A DNA stretch of 64,000 bases from Sporichthyaceae bacterium (GTDB lineage Bacteria; Actinomycetota; Actinomycetes; Sporichthyales; Sporichthyaceae). A program made the position numbers and the translations under genes. The stretch lies in NCBI GenBank assembly GCA_052388275.1, contig JBQTII010000081.1:1353-65352 (forward strand), in the 5' to 3' direction. The notes under the pieces were generated by a model, which had not been told where the DNA came from, searched no databases, and saw nothing but the letters and a program-made list of their open reading frames with translations. Below, one piece after another: positions 25,787 through 35,031 of this stretch (position 1 is its first letter; each line of letters starts with the position of its first letter).

Positions 25787-26617
25787 ATGCGCGTGGCAGG
25801 ACTGGCGGGCAAGGTCGCGCTGATCACCGGCGCGGCCCGCGGTATGGGGCGCGCCCACGCGGTCCGCCTGGCCGCCGACGGTGCGGATATCCTCGCGCTG
25901 GACATCTGCGCGGACATCCCCTCGGTCGCCTACCCCCTGGGGACCGCCGACGACCTCGCCGAGACCGTCGCGCTCGTCCAGGCTCAGGGCCGCAAGGCCC
26001 TGCCGCTCGTCGCCGACGTGCGCGATCTGGCCGACACCGGGGCCGCCATCGCCGCCGGTGTCGAGGAGCTCGGGCGTCTGGACATCACCGTCGCCAACGC
26101 CGGCATCGCCTTGGCCGCGTACGGGATCGATGACGCGCAGGCGTTCGGTGACCAGATCGCGATCAATCTGACCGGGGTTTGGAACACCGTGCACAGTGCG
26201 GCCCCGGCGATGATCGCCGCCGGCAATGGCGGTTCGGTGGTGTTGATCAGTTCGGTGATGGGACTGACCGGGCGCCTGGGGGGCGGCAACGGCTGCGCCG
26301 ACGGGTACACCGCCAGCAAACACGGCCAGGTCGGGCTGATGCGGGCCTGGTCGAGATGGCTCGCCCCGCACGACATCCGGGTGAACACCCTGCATCCGGG
26401 TGGGGTCGCCACCCCGATGGTGCTCAATGACGCGATGTCGGTCGTGTTCGCCGACATGAAACCCCCGGAGCACGGATCGGAGGTCGGCAACCTGCTCGAC
26501 GTCACGATCCTCGCGCCTGAGCAGATCAGCAACGCGCTCGCCTGGCTCGTCTCGGACCAGGCGCGTTACGTCACCGGCGTCACGTTGCCGGTCGACGCGG
26601 GATACGCGACACCCTGA
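25787..26617 (+). CDS. SDR-family oxidoreductase (carveol dehydrogenase-like / mycofactocin-coupled subgroup pattern)
   Basis: GKVALITGAARGMGRAHAVRLAADGADILALDIC..., YTASKHG (YxxxK), LHPGGVATPM. Confidence 0.8.
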   Translation: MRVAGLAGKVALITGAARGMGRAHAVRLAADGADILALDICADIPSVAYPLGTADDLAETVALVQAQGRKALPLVADVRDLADTGAAIAAGVEELGRLDITVANAGIALAAYGIDDAQAFGDQIAINLTGVWNTVHSAAPAMIAAGNGGSVVLISSVMGLTGRLGGGNGCADGYTASKHGQVGLMRAWSRWLAPHDIRVNTLHPGGVATPMVLNDAMSVVFADMKPPEHGSEVGNLLDVTILAPEQISNALAWLVSDQARYVTGVTLPVDAGYATP

Positions 26618-26618
26618 A

Positions 26619-26641
26619 CCGGCGCAAGGGCCGCGCGCCGG
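26619..26641 (+). terminator. Possible stem-loop after the SDR gene
   Basis: CCGGCGC (26619-26625), 9-nt loop, GCGCCGG (26635-26641). No T-tract. Confidence 0.35.
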
Positions 26642-26703
26642 GGTGTGCGAGTCCTGCGCCGGTGGTACGCCAGGATGAGGATCCACCTACCCGCATTGGA
26701 ACC

Positions 26704-27078
26704 TCAGGCGCGCAGGACCGCAACCTCATACCGGCACAGGTTCTGATCCCGCGTCACCAGAGTGAAGCCCTCAAGGCTCGCTTGCGCCACGAGCAGTCGG
26801 TCGAAGGGGTCGCTGTGATGCGGCGGCAATGAACGCACAGCCAACGCATGCGCCAGGCCTATCGGCAACACCTCGAACTGGTGGTGCCGGAGTTGAACGC
26901 TCAAATCATCGGGCATGTCCAGCTTGCCCAAGCCGGCCTTGATGCTCATCTCCCACACGCTCGCGCTCGAGACCCATACCTCGTTCTCGGCGGCAGCAAT
27001 GGCGGCGACCGCCTCGGGGTTGAGCTGGACGTCGGACAGCCACCAGAGCAGCACGTGCGTGTCCAGGAGCAGCTTCAC
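26704..27078 (-). CDS. vapC: Type II toxin VapC (PIN domain), paralog of 19680-20072
   Basis: LLLDTHVLLW, WEMSIK, HHSDPFDRLLVAQA. 4-nt overlap with the antitoxin. Confidence 0.85.
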   Translation of the reverse strand: MKLLLDTHVLLWWLSDVQLNPEAVAAIAAAENEVWVSSASVWEMSIKAGLGKLDMPDDLSVQLRHHQFEVLPIGLAHALAVRSLPPHHSDPFDRLLVAQASLEGFTLVTRDQNLCRYEVAVLRA

Positions 27079-27353
27079 GCGCCCTCGCCGCGGAACATCG
27101 CCGCGATCTGGTCATCGTCGGCGTCGAAGTCCGCGCCGATCACCACTCGCCCCTGCCATCCACCTGGAGAGCGTGGCCGACGGGGCTCTTGGACCGCCAC
27201 CAAGCGAACCTTGGGGGTGCCGGCCTTGGCGATGACGATGTCCTCGCCGCCCGCCGCACGCTCGACCAGATCCGACAAGTGGGTCTTAGCCTCATAGATA
27301 TTGACCTGAGTGCTCACTACTCCAGTGTGTTGGTTGGTCAACTCTTTGGTCAA
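27075..27353 (-). CDS. Phd/YefM-type antitoxin, paralog of 20069-20293
   Basis: VNIYEAKTHLSDLVERAAGGEDIVIAKAGTPKVRLVAV. Confidence 0.8.
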   Translation of the reverse strand: MTKELTNQHTGVVSTQVNIYEAKTHLSDLVERAAGGEDIVIAKAGTPKVRLVAVQEPRRPRSPGGWQGRVVIGADFDADDDQIAAMFRGEGA

Positions 27354-27498
27354 GTAGGAGCGCAGGGGCTCGGGTAGTAGGCACGTCCGCGTCGCATTCA
27401 GCGGCCGGCTTTAGCTCACAGCCGCACCTAGCAAACACCCTCAAACAGAGGCCTAAGACCCCGTAGCTACGAGGCTAAGAGGACTATATGCCCAGCAG

Positions 27499-27918
27499 AT
27501 GCCGTACACTAATACCGTGACCAGCTTTCGCATCAGCGATGTTGCCGACCTCATGGGCGTCAGCACCGACACCGTTCGCCGCTGGACCGACAGCGGCAGA
27601 TTGCCCGCGACGCGCGACGGGAACGGGCATCGGTCCGTCGACGGGGCCGCCCTGGCGGCATTTGCTCGCGAGATGTCCGAGGACCCGGAGATGGTCGGGC
27701 TGGGGCACGCGTCCGCGCGCAACCGAATGCGCGGGATCGTCACCAAGGTCACCCGCGACACCGTGATGGCCCAGGTCGAGATGCAGTGCGGGCCCTACCG
27801 GGTCACCTCGCTGATCGGACGTGAATCCGCCGACGAGTTGGGCCTGGAACCCGGCGTGCTCGCCGTGGCGACCGTGAAGTCCACCAACGTCATCGTCGAG
27901 ATCCCCGACGCCGGCTGA
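27499..27918 (+). CDS. Molybdate-responsive regulator candidate: MerR/excisionase-type HTH fused to a TOBE (Mop) domain
   Basis: ISDVADLMGVSTDTVRRWTDSGRL is the HTH. SARNRMRGIVTKVTRDTVMAQVEM....VTSLI...[24 protein letters not shown] is the TOBE part. Confidence 0.75.
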   Translation: MPYTNTVTSFRISDVADLMGVSTDTVRRWTDSGRLPATRDGNGHRSVDGAALAAFAREMSEDPEMVGLGHASARNRMRGIVTKVTRDTVMAQVEMQCGPYRVTSLIGRESADELGLEPGVLAVATVKSTNVIVEIPDAG

Positions 27919-27948
27919 GCGCCCGCGCCGCAAGGGCAAGGAGTTCGG

Positions 27949-28587
27949 ATGCGAGTTAACCCCACGCTGCGCCGCACGACCGTCGCCGCCCTGGCCGCAG
28001 GTCTGTCCCTGACCGGCGCGATCGCCTTCTCGGCCGGCGCGAGCCCCATCGGCGAGGCGGGCGCACCGACCGCAGCGGGCGAGTCGCAGCTCGCCGCGGC
28101 GAAGCTCCGCGGAGTGCGGCTGTCCGGGGCCTTTGACGAGCGGGGCCCCGTGACCCGGGCGGAGCTGCTCGACTTCACCCAGCGCACGGTGAAGGCGAAG
28201 TTCGAGGCCGGCGGCGCGGAGCTGTCCAAGACCTTCACCGGTCCGCTGCTGCTCGACGTACTCACCGCGGCCGGCGCACAGATCGACCCCGAGGCGCGCA
28301 ACGACTCCCTGCATTACGCGATCCTGGCCAGGGCCGCCGACGGGTACACCGCTGTGCTTGCCTTCGCCGAGCTGGAGGCCAAATACGGCGCCAAGCGGGT
28401 GCTCATCGGCCTGAGCGAGGACGGCAGGACGCTGGCCCGCCCCCGGCTGATCGTTCCCGGCGACGCCCACGGCGGGCGTTACGTCTTCGATCTCGCCACC
28501 ATCACCCTGCTGCGCCTGAGCCAGTCCCTGGCGGCCGGGCCCGCGGGCAACCCCGACCGATCCGCGACCGGGGTCACCGTCGGCTGA
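27949..28587 (+). CDS. Secreted small protein with a SUOX-fold (Oxidored_molyb-like) pattern
   Basis: Signal-like N-terminus. FTGPLLLDVLTAAG......YAILARAADGYTAVLAFAEL......VLIGL.EDGRTL..PRLIVPGD..GGRYV resembles the Mo-oxidoreductase core, but I see no obvious Mo-ligand Cys. Confidence 0.5.
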   Translation: MRVNPTLRRTTVAALAAGLSLTGAIAFSAGASPIGEAGAPTAAGESQLAAAKLRGVRLSGAFDERGPVTRAELLDFTQRTVKAKFEAGGAELSKTFTGPLLLDVLTAAGAQIDPEARNDSLHYAILARAADGYTAVLAFAELEAKYGAKRVLIGLSEDGRTLARPRLIVPGDAHGGRYVFDLATITLLRLSQSLAAGPAGNPDRSATGVTVG

Positions 28588-28641
28588 CCGCCCATCCGCG
28601 CCCGCCCGATCCACGTCCACGAGCCCGCCTTGAGGAGAATC

Positions 28642-29490
28642 ATGAACAGCCTGCTCCATCGATCACGTCGGCACCTCGCCGTGGGTGCTGTGGTCGCCCT
28701 GCTGGCTTCCCTTGCGGCCTGCGCGGACGACGAGGACCCGGTCACCGCCTCCCCGGTGGTTCCGGCGCCCGGCACGCCTGCCCCGCTGGTGAGCACCCCC
28801 GCCGCAGCCGCGCCGGTGACCGGAGAACTGATCGTGTTCGCGGCAGCCTCCCTCACAGGCACCTTCACCGAACTCGGCAAGACCTTCGAGGCCGCGAACC
28901 CGGGGGCAAAGGTGACCTTCCAGTTCGGCTCCAGCGCAACGCTGGCCGCCCAGATCAACGAGGGCGCGCCCGCCGACGTCTTCGCCGCCGCATCCCCGGC
29001 CACCATGGCGACCGTCACCGCTGCGGGCGGCGCGAGTTCGCCGGCGATCTTCGTTCGCAACAGCCTGCAAATCGCGGTGCCGGCCGGGAACCCCGCCGGG
29101 GTGGACGCCCTGGCCGACTTCGCCGACGAGGCGCTGGACATCGCGCTGTGCGCCGCCGAGGTGCCGTGCGGCGCCGCCGCGGACAAGGTCTTCAGCGCCG
29201 CCACGATCACCCCCGCCCCGGACACCCGCGAACCCGACGTCAAGGCCGTACTTGCCAAGGTCGTGGCCGGCGAGGTGGACGCGGCGCTGGTCTACACCAC
29301 CGACGTGCTGGCCGCCGGGGATGCGGTGGAGGGGATCGAGTTCCCCGAGGCGGCCCAGGCGATCAACGACTACCCGATCGCCCCCCTCACGGAGGCGGGG
29401 AATGCGGCTGCGGCCGCCGCGTGGGTAGCGTTCATCCTCTCCCCCGCAGCTCAGCAGGTGCTCACTGCGGCCGGCTTCGGAGGGGCATGA
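28642..29490 (+). CDS. modA: Molybdate ABC transporter substrate-binding lipoprotein
   Basis: Lipobox LASLAAC. IVFAAASL...F......GAKVTFQFGSSATLAAQI..GAPADVFA.AS. GAGGAG RBS before ATG at 28642. Confidence 0.88.
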   Translation: MNSLLHRSRRHLAVGAVVALLASLAACADDEDPVTASPVVPAPGTPAPLVSTPAAAAPVTGELIVFAAASLTGTFTELGKTFEAANPGAKVTFQFGSSATLAAQINEGAPADVFAAASPATMATVTAAGGASSPAIFVRNSLQIAVPAGNPAGVDALADFADEALDIALCAAEVPCGAAADKVFSAATITPAPDTREPDVKAVLAKVVAGEVDAALVYTTDVLAAGDAVEGIEFPEAAQAINDYPIAPLTEAGNAAAAAAWVAFILSPAAQQVLTAAGFGGA

Positions 29491-30353
29491 CGAGTACCGA
29501 CCACCCGCGTGGGGCGGGCCACCCGATCGAGGTGGCCCGCCCTTCGCGCGCGCCCCGCGAGCGCTCGGGAATCCCGCCGGTCCTGCTGATCCCGGCAGCT
29601 CTCGGCCTGCTGTTCCTGCTGCTGCCCGTCGTCGGCCTGCTGGTACGCGCTCCTTGGACGACGCTGCCCGAACGGTTGCAGGACCCCGTCGTCGTGGACG
29701 CCCTGCAGCTCTCGCTTTACACCGCGACGATGGCGACCCTGGTCTCTCTGGTCCTCGGCATCCCGATCGCGGTGGTCCTGGCCCAAGGCCGCTTCCGCGG
29801 CCGCGGGCTGGTCCGCGCGCTGGTGACAGTGCCCTTGGTGCTGCCGCCCGTGGTCGGCGGGGTGGCCCTGCTCGCTGCGCTGGGACGGCGCGGGGTGATC
29901 GGCAAGCACATCTTCGAGTGGACCGGGTATTCGTTGCCGTTCACCACCGAGGCGGTGATCGTGGCGGAGACCTTCGTCGCGATGCCGTTCCTGATCATCG
30001 CCGTCGAAGGGGCGCTGCGCGGGCTGGACCCCCGCTACGCCGAAGCCGCTGCCGCCCTCGGGGCGAGCCGCTGGACGATCTTTCGCACGATCACCTTGCC
30101 GCTCATCGCGCCCGGGATCGCCGCCGGCGCGGTGCTGTGCTGGGCGCGCGCCCTCGGGGAGTTCGGCGCCACCATCACCTTCGCCGGCAGCCTGCAGGGC
30201 CGCACCCAGGTGATGCCCTCGGCCGTCTACGCCGCCCTGGAGACCGACCCGCAGGCCGCGATCGTGCTCAGCCTGGTACTGCTCACCGTCTCGATCGTGG
30301 TGCTGGCCAGCCTGCGGGAGAAGTGGATCTCGCCGACCGGACGTGGCGCGTGA
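29487..30353 (+). CDS. modB: Molybdate ABC transporter permease
   Basis: ATGA overlap with modA. Multiple TM helices. EAA-type loop YAEAAAALGASRWTIFRTITLP. Confidence 0.88.
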   Translation: MTSTDHPRGAGHPIEVARPSRAPRERSGIPPVLLIPAALGLLFLLLPVVGLLVRAPWTTLPERLQDPVVVDALQLSLYTATMATLVSLVLGIPIAVVLAQGRFRGRGLVRALVTVPLVLPPVVGGVALLAALGRRGVIGKHIFEWTGYSLPFTTEAVIVAETFVAMPFLIIAVEGALRGLDPRYAEAAAALGASRWTIFRTITLPLIAPGIAAGAVLCWARALGEFGATITFAGSLQGRTQVMPSAVYAALETDPQAAIVLSLVLLTVSIVVLASLREKWISPTGRGA

Positions 30354-31414
30354 GCGGGGGCTTGGAGGCGATTTTCGCCGCCTCACGCGGCGTCTTCAGC
30401 CTCGACCTTCAGCTGACGGTTACTCCAGGCCAAACGGTCGCTCTCCTCGGACCAAACGGAGCCGGGAAGTCGACGGCGCTGCGCGTGCTCACCGGCCTGC
30501 TGCGACCCAGCAGCGGACGGGTATCACTGGCCGGGGTGACGCTCGACGACAGCGCCACCTGGGTGCACGTGCCGCCGGAGCAGCGCAGCATCGGGGTGGT
30601 CTGGCAGGACTACCGGCTCTTCCCGCACCTGAGCGCGGTGGACAACGTGGCCTACGGGCTGCGCACTCGCGGCACCAACAAGGCCGCGGCCCGGGCCCTG
30701 GCCCAGACCTGGCTCGAGCGGGTCGACCTGGGCCCGCACGCCAAGTCCAAGCCTGCGGCATTGTCGGGCGGGCAGGCGCAGCGCGTCGCCCTGGCCCGCG
30801 CCCTGGCCCCGGAACCGTCCCTGCTGCTGCTGGATGAGCCGCTCGCGGCGCTGGATGCGCGCACCCGACTGGACGTGCGCACCGATCTGCGCCGCCATCT
30901 GGCCGATTTCGGCGGGGCGGCCGTCCTGGTCACCCACGACCCACTCGATGCCATGGTGCTCGCCACCGACGTCCTCGTGCTCGAGGACGGCCGCGCAGTG
31001 CAGCAGGGTCCGGTCGCCGAGGTGGCCCGGCGCCCGCAGACCGACTACGTCGCGCGTCTGGTCGGGCTCAATCTCTACCGCGGGTTCGCGGACCCCGCCG
31101 GGGTCCGCCTGCCGGGCGAGGTCGTGCTCGCCACCGCGGAACCGGCCCCGCCCGGCTCGGAGGTGCTGGTGGCCTTCGGCCCGGCCGCGGTGTCGATTTT
31201 CCGTTCCCGGCCCGATGGCAGCCCGCGCAACGTCTTCCCCGCGACGGTGTCGGATATGGAACTGCACGCCGGGTCGGTGCGCCTCGCGTTGGACGGGCCG
31301 TTGCCGGCACTCGCCGACGTCACCGCGGCCGCGGTCGCGGAGCTCGCCCTGGGACCGGGCAGCGAGGTCTGGATGGCCGTCAAGGCGACCGAGACCCACG
31401 CCTACCCTCGCTGA
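30350..31414 (+). CDS. modC: Molybdate ABC transporter ATP-binding protein with a C-terminal TOBE-like domain
   Basis: GTGA overlap with modB. Walker A GPNGAGKST, signature LSGGQAQR, Walker B LLLLDEP. Confidence 0.88.
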   Translation: MSGGLEAIFAASRGVFSLDLQLTVTPGQTVALLGPNGAGKSTALRVLTGLLRPSSGRVSLAGVTLDDSATWVHVPPEQRSIGVVWQDYRLFPHLSAVDNVAYGLRTRGTNKAAARALAQTWLERVDLGPHAKSKPAALSGGQAQRVALARALAPEPSLLLLDEPLAALDARTRLDVRTDLRRHLADFGGAAVLVTHDPLDAMVLATDVLVLEDGRAVQQGPVAEVARRPQTDYVARLVGLNLYRGFADPAGVRLPGEVVLATAEPAPPGSEVLVAFGPAAVSIFRSRPDGSPRNVFPATVSDMELHAGSVRLALDGPLPALADVTAAAVAELALGPGSEVWMAVKATETHAYPR

Positions 31415-31690
31415 GCTGGGCTTTCGTCGCGGCGGAGGGCTCCTCGCCACTCGCCGGGGTGGGCAACGTCATCGCTTCGTCATCGAAATTCCCCTGACAG
31501 CGACCCATCGAACACGATATGCAGGACGAAGCAGTACGGAACGGTTTCGTACCGTTGCCGAATCGCAATGGTTGGCAGGGGCCCGGGTGGGAATCCTGGA
31601 ACCAGAGCGGACGTTTCACCCACATAGCGCGTCTACGTGCGCCAGCATGTGGGAAAACCTGGGCTGAAAGCCCGAGAGGCGGCGTCAACC

Positions 31691-32059
31691 ATGAGTGAGC
31701 GTGCCCTTCGCGGATCGCGCCTCGGAGCCACCAGCTACGAGACCGATCGCGACGTCGAACTTGCCCCGCGGCAGGTCGTGTCCTACAGCTGCACGAAGGA
31801 GCACACCTTCTTCGTGCCGTTCTCGGCCGAGGCCGAGGAGATCCCGCTCGCCTGGGAATGCCGCGTGTGCGGTGGCGTTGCCCTGCGCACCGACGGCGTC
31901 ACCGGCGAGGAGAAGGCCGTGAAGCCGGCCCGCACCCATTGGGACATGCTGATGGAGCGGCGCACTCGCGAGGAGCTCGAGGAGATTCTGGCCGAGCGTC
32001 TGGCGGTCCTGCGGGCCGGTGGGATCAAGGGGTACGACCCCAAACGCAAGAGCGCCTGA
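31691..32059 (+). CDS. rbpA: RNA polymerase-binding protein RbpA
   Basis: RGSRLGATSYETDR...VSYSC...H.F.VPFS......P..WECR.CG, then RTHWDMLMERRT..ELEE.L.ERL. Confidence 0.92.
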   Translation: MSERALRGSRLGATSYETDRDVELAPRQVVSYSCTKEHTFFVPFSAEAEEIPLAWECRVCGGVALRTDGVTGEEKAVKPARTHWDMLMERRTREELEEILAERLAVLRAGGIKGYDPKRKSA

Positions 32060-32062
32060 GCC

Positions 32063-32515
32063 TTACCCCTCGTCGTCGATCCGCTCCCCGCGGATCACTC
32101 CTGGATTACCGCTGCCCGGTCCGCCCGGCGGCCCGTTCCTGCCGACCCGCCCTCCGAACAGGGCTCGCCTCGCGCCGGTCACCAGCGCCCGTCGCGCCAG
32201 CGGGCGGGTGAAGGGCAGGACGAGGAAGAAGCCGACGAGGTCGGTGAGGAAACCCGGGGTGAGCAGCAAGGTGCCGCCGACGAGGATCAGGGCACCATCG
32301 GCGAGTTCGGTGGCCGGCATCCCGCCGCTTCCCAGTTTCTCCCGCAGCGCCGTCCAGGTCCGCCGGCCCTCCCGGCGGATCAGCCAGGAGCCCAGCACCG
32401 CGCTGGCGATCAGCAAGGCAATGGTGGGCAGCGCGCCGAGCGAGCGCCCGACCTGCACGATGACGAAGATCTCGATGATCGGCACGAGCAAGAGCGCGAG
32501 AACGACTACGGGCAT
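32063..32515 (-). CDS. fxsA: FxsA family membrane protein
   Basis: LLLVPIIEIFVIVQVG...G...T..L...SA.LG..L.R.EG. ATG at 32515. Confidence 0.8.
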   Translation of the reverse strand: MPVVVLALLLVPIIEIFVIVQVGRSLGALPTIALLIASAVLGSWLIRREGRRTWTALREKLGSGGMPATELADGALILVGGTLLLTPGFLTDLVGFFLVLPFTRPLARRALVTGARRALFGGRVGRNGPPGGPGSGNPGVIRGERIDDEG

Positions 32516-33309
32516 CAGACGCGTTCCCGGGTCATCCGCTGGCGACGGGCACCCGGATGCAGCCGCCGCATCCGGTGCGCCACTCCCCAGGCCGTGACCC
32601 GCCACAGGGCCTCGGCGACGATCGCCCGGCTCATCTTCGAGGTGCCCAGCTCACGCTCGACGAAGGTGATCGGCACCTCCAGCACGACATAGCCGCGCTG
32701 GACCGCACGCCAGGCCAGGTCGATCTGGAAGCAGTAGCCCTGCGAGTGCACACCGTCGAGGTCCAGCCCGCGCAACGTCTCGGCCCGGAAGGCGCGAAAT
32801 CCGCCGGTGGCATCACGGATGGGAATACCGAGGGCGACCTTTGCGTAGAAGGTGCCCCCGCGCGAGATCGCGCGACGCAGCGGCGGCCAGTTCACGACCG
32901 CTCCCCCGGGCACCCAGCGCGAACCGAGCACGAGGTCGGCACCGCCGCGGCCATCGGTACCTTCCAGCGCAACCAGCAGGCGCGGCAGATCTTCCGGACG
33001 GTGCGAGCCGTCGGCGTCCATCTCGACCAGGACGTCGTAACCCCGCTCCAGAGCCCAGGCGAATCCGGCCAGATAAGCCGCTCCGAGACCGGCCTTGCCA
33101 CCGCGGTGCAAGACCTCAATCGCGGGGTCGGCGGCGGCAAGACCGTCGGCCACCAGGCCGGTTCCGTCGGGACTGGCGTCGTCGACGACGAGCACGTCGG
33201 CGTCCGGAACAACGCCGCGTAACCGCTCCAGCACCGAGGCCAGGTTGTCCACCTCGTTGTAGGTCGGCACGATCACGAGCAACGTCATGACTTCGCTGCG
33301 CTCGCTCAT
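32515..33309 (-). CDS. ppm1: Polyprenol-monophosphomannose synthase (GT2)
   Basis: [29 protein letters not shown], and the GT2 DPM-synthase pattern. ATGA overlap with the lnt stop at 33306-33309. Confidence 0.88.
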   Translation of the reverse strand: MSERSEVMTLLVIVPTYNEVDNLASVLERLRGVVPDADVLVVDDASPDGTGLVADGLAAADPAIEVLHRGGKAGLGAAYLAGFAWALERGYDVLVEMDADGSHRPEDLPRLLVALEGTDGRGGADLVLGSRWVPGGAVVNWPPLRRAISRGGTFYAKVALGIPIRDATGGFRAFRAETLRGLDLDGVHSQGYCFQIDLAWRAVQRGYVVLEVPITFVERELGTSKMSRAIVAEALWRVTAWGVAHRMRRLHPGARRQRMTRERV

Positions 33310-34886
33310 GACGTCACGGTAACCGCGTTTGAGCGGATCCGCCGGGAGGTCCGGCGCAGCAGGGCCGCGCCGACCAGGATCGCCGCCGGCAAGGCACCGA
33401 GCCACTCCGGCCAGGCACCCAGGCGGGTGGCGAGCGTGCGGGCACTGCGCAGCGGGACCTCCGCGACCAGCACATCAGCGGTGAACTCGGCCGTGCGCTC
33501 GATGACCTCGCCGTCGGGAGCGATCACCGCGCTCACCCCGGAGGTGGCCGCGATGAGCATCGCGCGTCCGTGCTCGATGGAGCGCAGCCGGGATATCGCC
33601 AGCTGCTGCTCGGGTTGCCCGGTGCGACCATAGGTGGCGTTGTTGGTCTGCACCACCAGCAGCCGTCCGCCGCCGCGCACGGTGTCGCGCACCAGGTCGT
33701 CGTAGGCGACCTCGAAGCAGATCACCGCCCCGATCCGGGTGCCGGCCACCGCCAGCACCCCCGGCTCGGTGCCGGGCAGGAAGTCGCGCGGGATCAGCGC
33801 AAGGCGTCCGATGAACTTGGTCAGCACGGCCCGGCCGGGGATGTACTCCCCGAAGGGCACCAGGTGCCGCTTGCTGTACCGCGCCCCGGCCCCGTGCTCG
33901 GGTGAGAAGACGATGCCGGTGTTGGTCAGGCGGTTCTCCCCGGCGTCCAGCAGGGTGCCCACCAGCAGCGGCGCACCGAGGTCATCGACCACGGCACTGA
34001 TCCGCTGCCCCAGCACGGGGTCGGTGAACGGGTCGTCGTCGGAGGCGTTCTCCGGCCAGATCACCCGGGCGGGTGCGCGCACCCGACCGGCGCGAATGTC
34101 GGCGGCCAACGCGGCCGTGGCATTGAGGTGGTTGGTGAGGACCGCGTCGCGCTGGCCGGCGATGTCGAAGCCCAAACGCGGCACGTTGCCTTGGACCACG
34201 GCGGTCACCAGGGTGTCCTGCCCGGCGGTCGGTAGCGGGATCAGGACACCCAGGCCGAGCAGGGCGAGCACTGAGCCGGCCGGCACAGTCAACGCCGCGT
34301 GGCGTCGGGTTGGGCGGGCCCGCGCAGCGAGGAAGAACGCCGCGGCGCCGATGCCGACCCCGGCGGTGGCCGCGCTCACCGCGGGACTGCCACCCCACGC
34401 GGCGAAGGCGGCCAGCGGCCCGTCCACTGCGGCGAAGGCGAGCTTGCCCCAGGGCAGCCCGCCCAGGGGGTAGCGGGCCCGCAACGCCTCGACCAGGAGC
34501 CAGCCGCTCACGTGCCACAGCGGCCACGCGCGTCTGGTGGCCGTAGCGGCCAGGTAGGCCCCCAACGGTGCGTAGAAGGCCGCCTGCAGGGCGCTGAGCA
34601 TGATCATGGCGTCCCAGCCGATGACGCGCAGCCAGCGCAACAGGACAAGAAAGAACACCAGAGCGAAGGCAGCACCGAGCTGGGCGCCGCGACGTGCACT
34701 CATCCCCCGGGTGGCCAGGCTCAGCCCCGCCACCGCGACGAAGGCCAGCGGCCAGGCGCCGAACGGCGGGAAGGCCAGCGCGAGCAGCAAGCCGAGCACG
34801 CATACCGCCAGCAGGCGCACGCCCTCCCCGCGGGTCCAGGGTGAGCGGGTGGCGCGCGGGGATCGGGATCGGGCGCCGCGTCTCAC
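33306..34886 (-). CDS. lnt: Apolipoprotein N-acyltransferase
   Basis: N-terminal polytopic domain ([15 protein letters not shown]) plus a C-terminal nitrilase-type CN-hydrolase domain ([22 protein letters not shown]). The start is uncertain: GTG at 34886 or 34820. The ORF-track N-terminal extension overlaps the opposite-strand gene. Confidence 0.85.
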   Translation of the reverse strand: MRRGARSRSPRATRSPWTRGEGVRLLAVCVLGLLLALAFPPFGAWPLAFVAVAGLSLATRGMSARRGAQLGAAFALVFFLVLLRWLRVIGWDAMIMLSALQAAFYAPLGAYLAATATRRAWPLWHVSGWLLVEALRARYPLGGLPWGKLAFAAVDGPLAAFAAWGGSPAVSAATAGVGIGAAAFFLAARARPTRRHAALTVPAGSVLALLGLGVLIPLPTAGQDTLVTAVVQGNVPRLGFDIAGQRDAVLTNHLNATAALAADIRAGRVRAPARVIWPENASDDDPFTDPVLGQRISAVVDDLGAPLLVGTLLDAGENRLTNTGIVFSPEHGAGARYSKRHLVPFGEYIPGRAVLTKFIGRLALIPRDFLPGTEPGVLAVAGTRIGAVICFEVAYDDLVRDTVRGGGRLLVVQTNNATYGRTGQPEQQLAISRLRSIEHGRAMLIAATSGVSAVIAPDGEVIERTAEFTADVLVAEVPLRSARTLATRLGAWPEWLGALPAAILVGAALLRRTSRRIRSNAVTVTS

Positions 34887-35031
34887 CCGCGCACCGTATC
34901 CCGGGCGAAACGGTCGTGCCGCTGCTAAATTAAACTCACCCAATTGGCTTTCTTTCCGGTCGCTGCCCGACCGGAAGCTGACCTCCGCGTACCGATGCCC
35001 CCGGTGCCGCCACGCTGATTGAGGACCGTGG

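Noticed and set aside
31415-31690. Long rbpA leader with small hairpins (for example AACGG-n7-CCGTT near 31540 and GGGCT-GAA-AGCCC near 31660) as a riboswitch.
   Set aside because: The stems are only 5 bp, mutually exclusive alternatives exist, and I recognise no riboswitch core. The evidence is insufficient.
33290-33309. A third MSERSE-type start (ppm1) resembling the sigK/rskA duplicated segment. MSER also occurs at the rbpA (31691) and sigK (10298) starts.
   Set aside because: Only about 14 of 20 nt match the 9601/9681 copies and the flanks are unrelated. This is most simply a coincidence of a common MSER N-terminus in GC-rich codons, not a dispersed element.
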